IMG/VR virus record: IMGVR_UViG_2693429642_000010
Direction: 5' to 3' (one strand)
From: a virus
Taxonomy: Duplodnaviria > Heunggongvirae > Uroviricota > Caudoviricetes
Length of the DNA: 7,431 nt
The notes under the pieces were generated by a model. It was not told where the DNA came from. It did no database searches and saw nothing but the letters and a program-made list of their open reading frames with translations. Of this stretch, positions 5,948-7,431 are shown in pieces. Each line of letters begins with the position of its first letter. Position 1 is the first letter of the stretch. Made by a program: the position numbers and the translations under genes.

Positions 5948-6877
5948 ATGGCAAACACTGCTGAGATATTCAATTTTCCAGTGCCGGATGAGGCACAAAA
6001 GGAGCCGCGCGTGGCAGATCTCGATGATGGTTATACGCGCATTGCAAATGAGTTGCTGGAAGCTGTGATGCTGGCCGGATTAACACAGTACCAGCTTCTG
6101 GTCTTCCTGGCTGTCATGCGCAAAACATATGGCTTTAATAAAAAACTGGATTGGGTGAGCAACGAGCAACTTTCCGAGTTGACCGGGATATTGCCGCACA
6201 AGTGTTCTGCTGCAAAAAGTGTTCTGGTAAAGCGTGGGATTTTTATTCAGAGCGGGCGGAATATCGGCATTAATAATGTGGTCAGTGAATGGTCAACATT
6301 ACCCGAATCAGGTAAGAAAAATAAAGTTTACCTGAAAGAGGTAAATTTACCTGAATCAGGTAAGAAAAGTTTACCCAAATCAGGTAAAGACGTTTACCCG
6401 AATCAGGTAAACACAAAAGACAAACTAACAAAAGACAATATAAAACCTTTTTCGTCCGAGAATTCTGGCGAATCCTCTGACCAGTCAGAAAACGATCTTC
6501 CTGTGGTGAAACCGGATGCTGCAATTCAGAGCGGCAGCAAGTGGGGGACAGCAGAAGACCTGACCGCCGCAGAGTGGATGTTTGACATGGTGAAGACCAT
6601 CGCGCCATCAGCCAGAAAACCGAATTTTGCAGGGTGGGCTAACGATATCCGCCTGATGCGTGAACGTGACGGACGTAACCACCGCGACATGTGTGTACTG
6701 TTCCGCTGGGCATGCCAGGACAACTTCTGGTCCGGTAACGTGCTAAGTCCGGCCAAACTCCGCGACAAGTGGACCCAACTCGAAATCAACCGTAACAAGC
6801 AACAGGCTGGCGTGACAGCTAGCAAACCAAAACTCGACCTGACAAACACTGACTGGATTTACGGGGTGGATCTATGA
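5948..6877 (+). CDS. O: replication initiator protein O (309 aa from this start; alternative start at 5858 gives 339 aa)
   Basis: From MANTAEIFNFPVPDEAQKEPRVADLDDGY... the N-terminus aligns with the lambda O N-terminus as I recall it (MTNTAKILNF...NVADLDDGY...LRKTYG). C-terminal third (...FDMVKTIAPSARKPNFAGWANDIRLMRERDG...TDWIYGVDL) looks lambda-type. Iterons lie inside the gene. Stop overlaps the P start (ATGA at 6874-6877). Confidence 0.9.
   Translation: MANTAEIFNFPVPDEAQKEPRVADLDDGYTRIANELLEAVMLAGLTQYQLLVFLAVMRKTYGFNKKLDWVSNEQLSELTGILPHKCSAAKSVLVKRGIFIQSGRNIGINNVVSEWSTLPESGKKNKVYLKEVNLPESGKKSLPKSGKDVYPNQVNTKDKLTKDNIKPFSSENSGESSDQSENDLPVVKPDAAIQSGSKWGTAEDLTAAEWMFDMVKTIAPSARKPNFAGWANDIRLMRERDGRNHRDMCVLFRWACQDNFWSGNVLSPAKLRDKWTQLEINRNKQQAGVTASKPKLDLTNTDWIYGVDL
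6299..6412 (+). repeat. replication origin iterons (O-binding sites) inside gene O, followed by an A-rich region (6413-6452)
   Basis: Five copies of an approximately 19-bp unit TTACCyGAATCAGGTAAr starting at 6299, 6328 (degenerate), 6347, 6371 and 6394, each with dyad ends TTACC...GGTAA. They encode the repeated peptide PESGKK / PKSGK. Followed by ACACAAAAGACAAACTAACAAAAGACAATATAAAACC. Confidence 0.85.
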
Positions 6878-7431
6878 AAAACATCGCCGCACAGATGGTT
6901 AACTTTGACCGTGAGCAGATGCGTCGGATCGCCAACAATATGCCGGAACAGTACGACGAAAAGCCGCAGGTACAACAGGTAGCGCAGATCATCAATGGTG
7001 TGTTCAGCCAGTTACTGGCAACTTTCCCGGCGAGCCTGGCTAACCGGGACCAGAACGAACTGAACGAAATTCGCCGCCAGTGGGTGCTGGCTTTCCGGAA
7101 AAACGGGATCACCACAATGGAACAGGTTAACGCAGGAATGCGCGTAGCCCGTCGGCAGAATCGACCATTCCTGCCATCACCCGGGCAGTTTGTTGCATGG
7201 TGCCGTGAAGAAGCATCCGTTATTGCCGGACTGCCAAACGCCAGCGAGCTGGTTGATATGGTTTACGAGTATTGCCGGAAGCGTGGCCTGTATCCGGATG
7301 CAGAGTCTTATCCGTGGAAATCAAACGCGCACTACTGGCTGGTTACTAGCCTGTACCAGAATATGCGGGCCAATGCGCTTACTGATACGGAATTACGGCG
7401 CAAGGCTGCCGATGAACTGACTTGTATGACC
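6874..7431 (+). CDS. P: replication protein P (helicase loader), lambda type, 5' partial (186 codons, continues past window end)
   Basis: Translation MKNIAAQMVNFDREQMRRIANNMPEQYDEKPQVQQVAQIINGVFSQLLATFPASLANRDQNE... matches lambda P as I recall it. No stop before the window end. Confidence 0.95.
   Translation, partial: MKNIAAQMVNFDREQMRRIANNMPEQYDEKPQVQQVAQIINGVFSQLLATFPASLANRDQNELNEIRRQWVLAFRKNGITTMEQVNAGMRVARRQNRPFLPSPGQFVAWCREEASVIAGLPNASELVDMVYEYCRKRGLYPDAESYPWKSNAHYWLVTSLYQNMRANALTDTELRRKAADELTCMT

Noticed and set aside
5790-5960. Searched for an oop-like antisense RNA (promoter plus terminator) at the cII-slot/O junction
   Set aside because: Only a 6-bp hairpin (5800-5822) without a following U-tract on either strand. 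No convincing terminator.
6299-6412. Direct repeats that could be mistaken for a CRISPR-like or tandem-repeat array
   Set aside because: Units are about 19 bp with irregular spacing (19-29 bp), in frame within O, followed by an A-rich tract. This is the lambdoid ori iteron architecture, not a CRISPR array.
6282-7115. Three minus-strand ORFs (107-108 aa and 98 aa)
   Set aside because: Antisense to O and P. Cys/Leu-rich junk translations.

Overview
This window is the early region (recombination, immunity, replication) of a mosaic lambdoid prophage, bounded on the left by the end of an IS3-family insertion sequence (1-253, transposase running out of the window). On the minus strand, right to left: a CI-type LexA-like repressor (4229-4918), a small kil-position ORF (3427-3633/3717), lambda-type Red genes gam (short form), bet and exo (1587-3351), orf60a/orf63/orf61-type small ORFs, a TraR/DksA-family zinc-finger protein (635-853) and a 79-aa unknown (348-587). 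On the plus strand: a Cro-like gene (5023-5253), a cII-position gene split across two reading frames (5323-5861), replication initiator O with an internal iteron origin (5948-6877) and the 5' part of lambda-type P (6874-7431). The repressor and cro are flanked by OL/pL-like and OR/pR-like cassettes that are inverted copies of each other. No N-like antiterminator, cIII or rex-like genes are present. I do not see a complete novel defence system; the most notable items are the frame-split cII-slot gene, the duplicated operator cassette, the long untranslated pL leader and the mosaic junctions. All homology statements rest on reading the translations and on recollection of lambda and related proteins, not on database searches.
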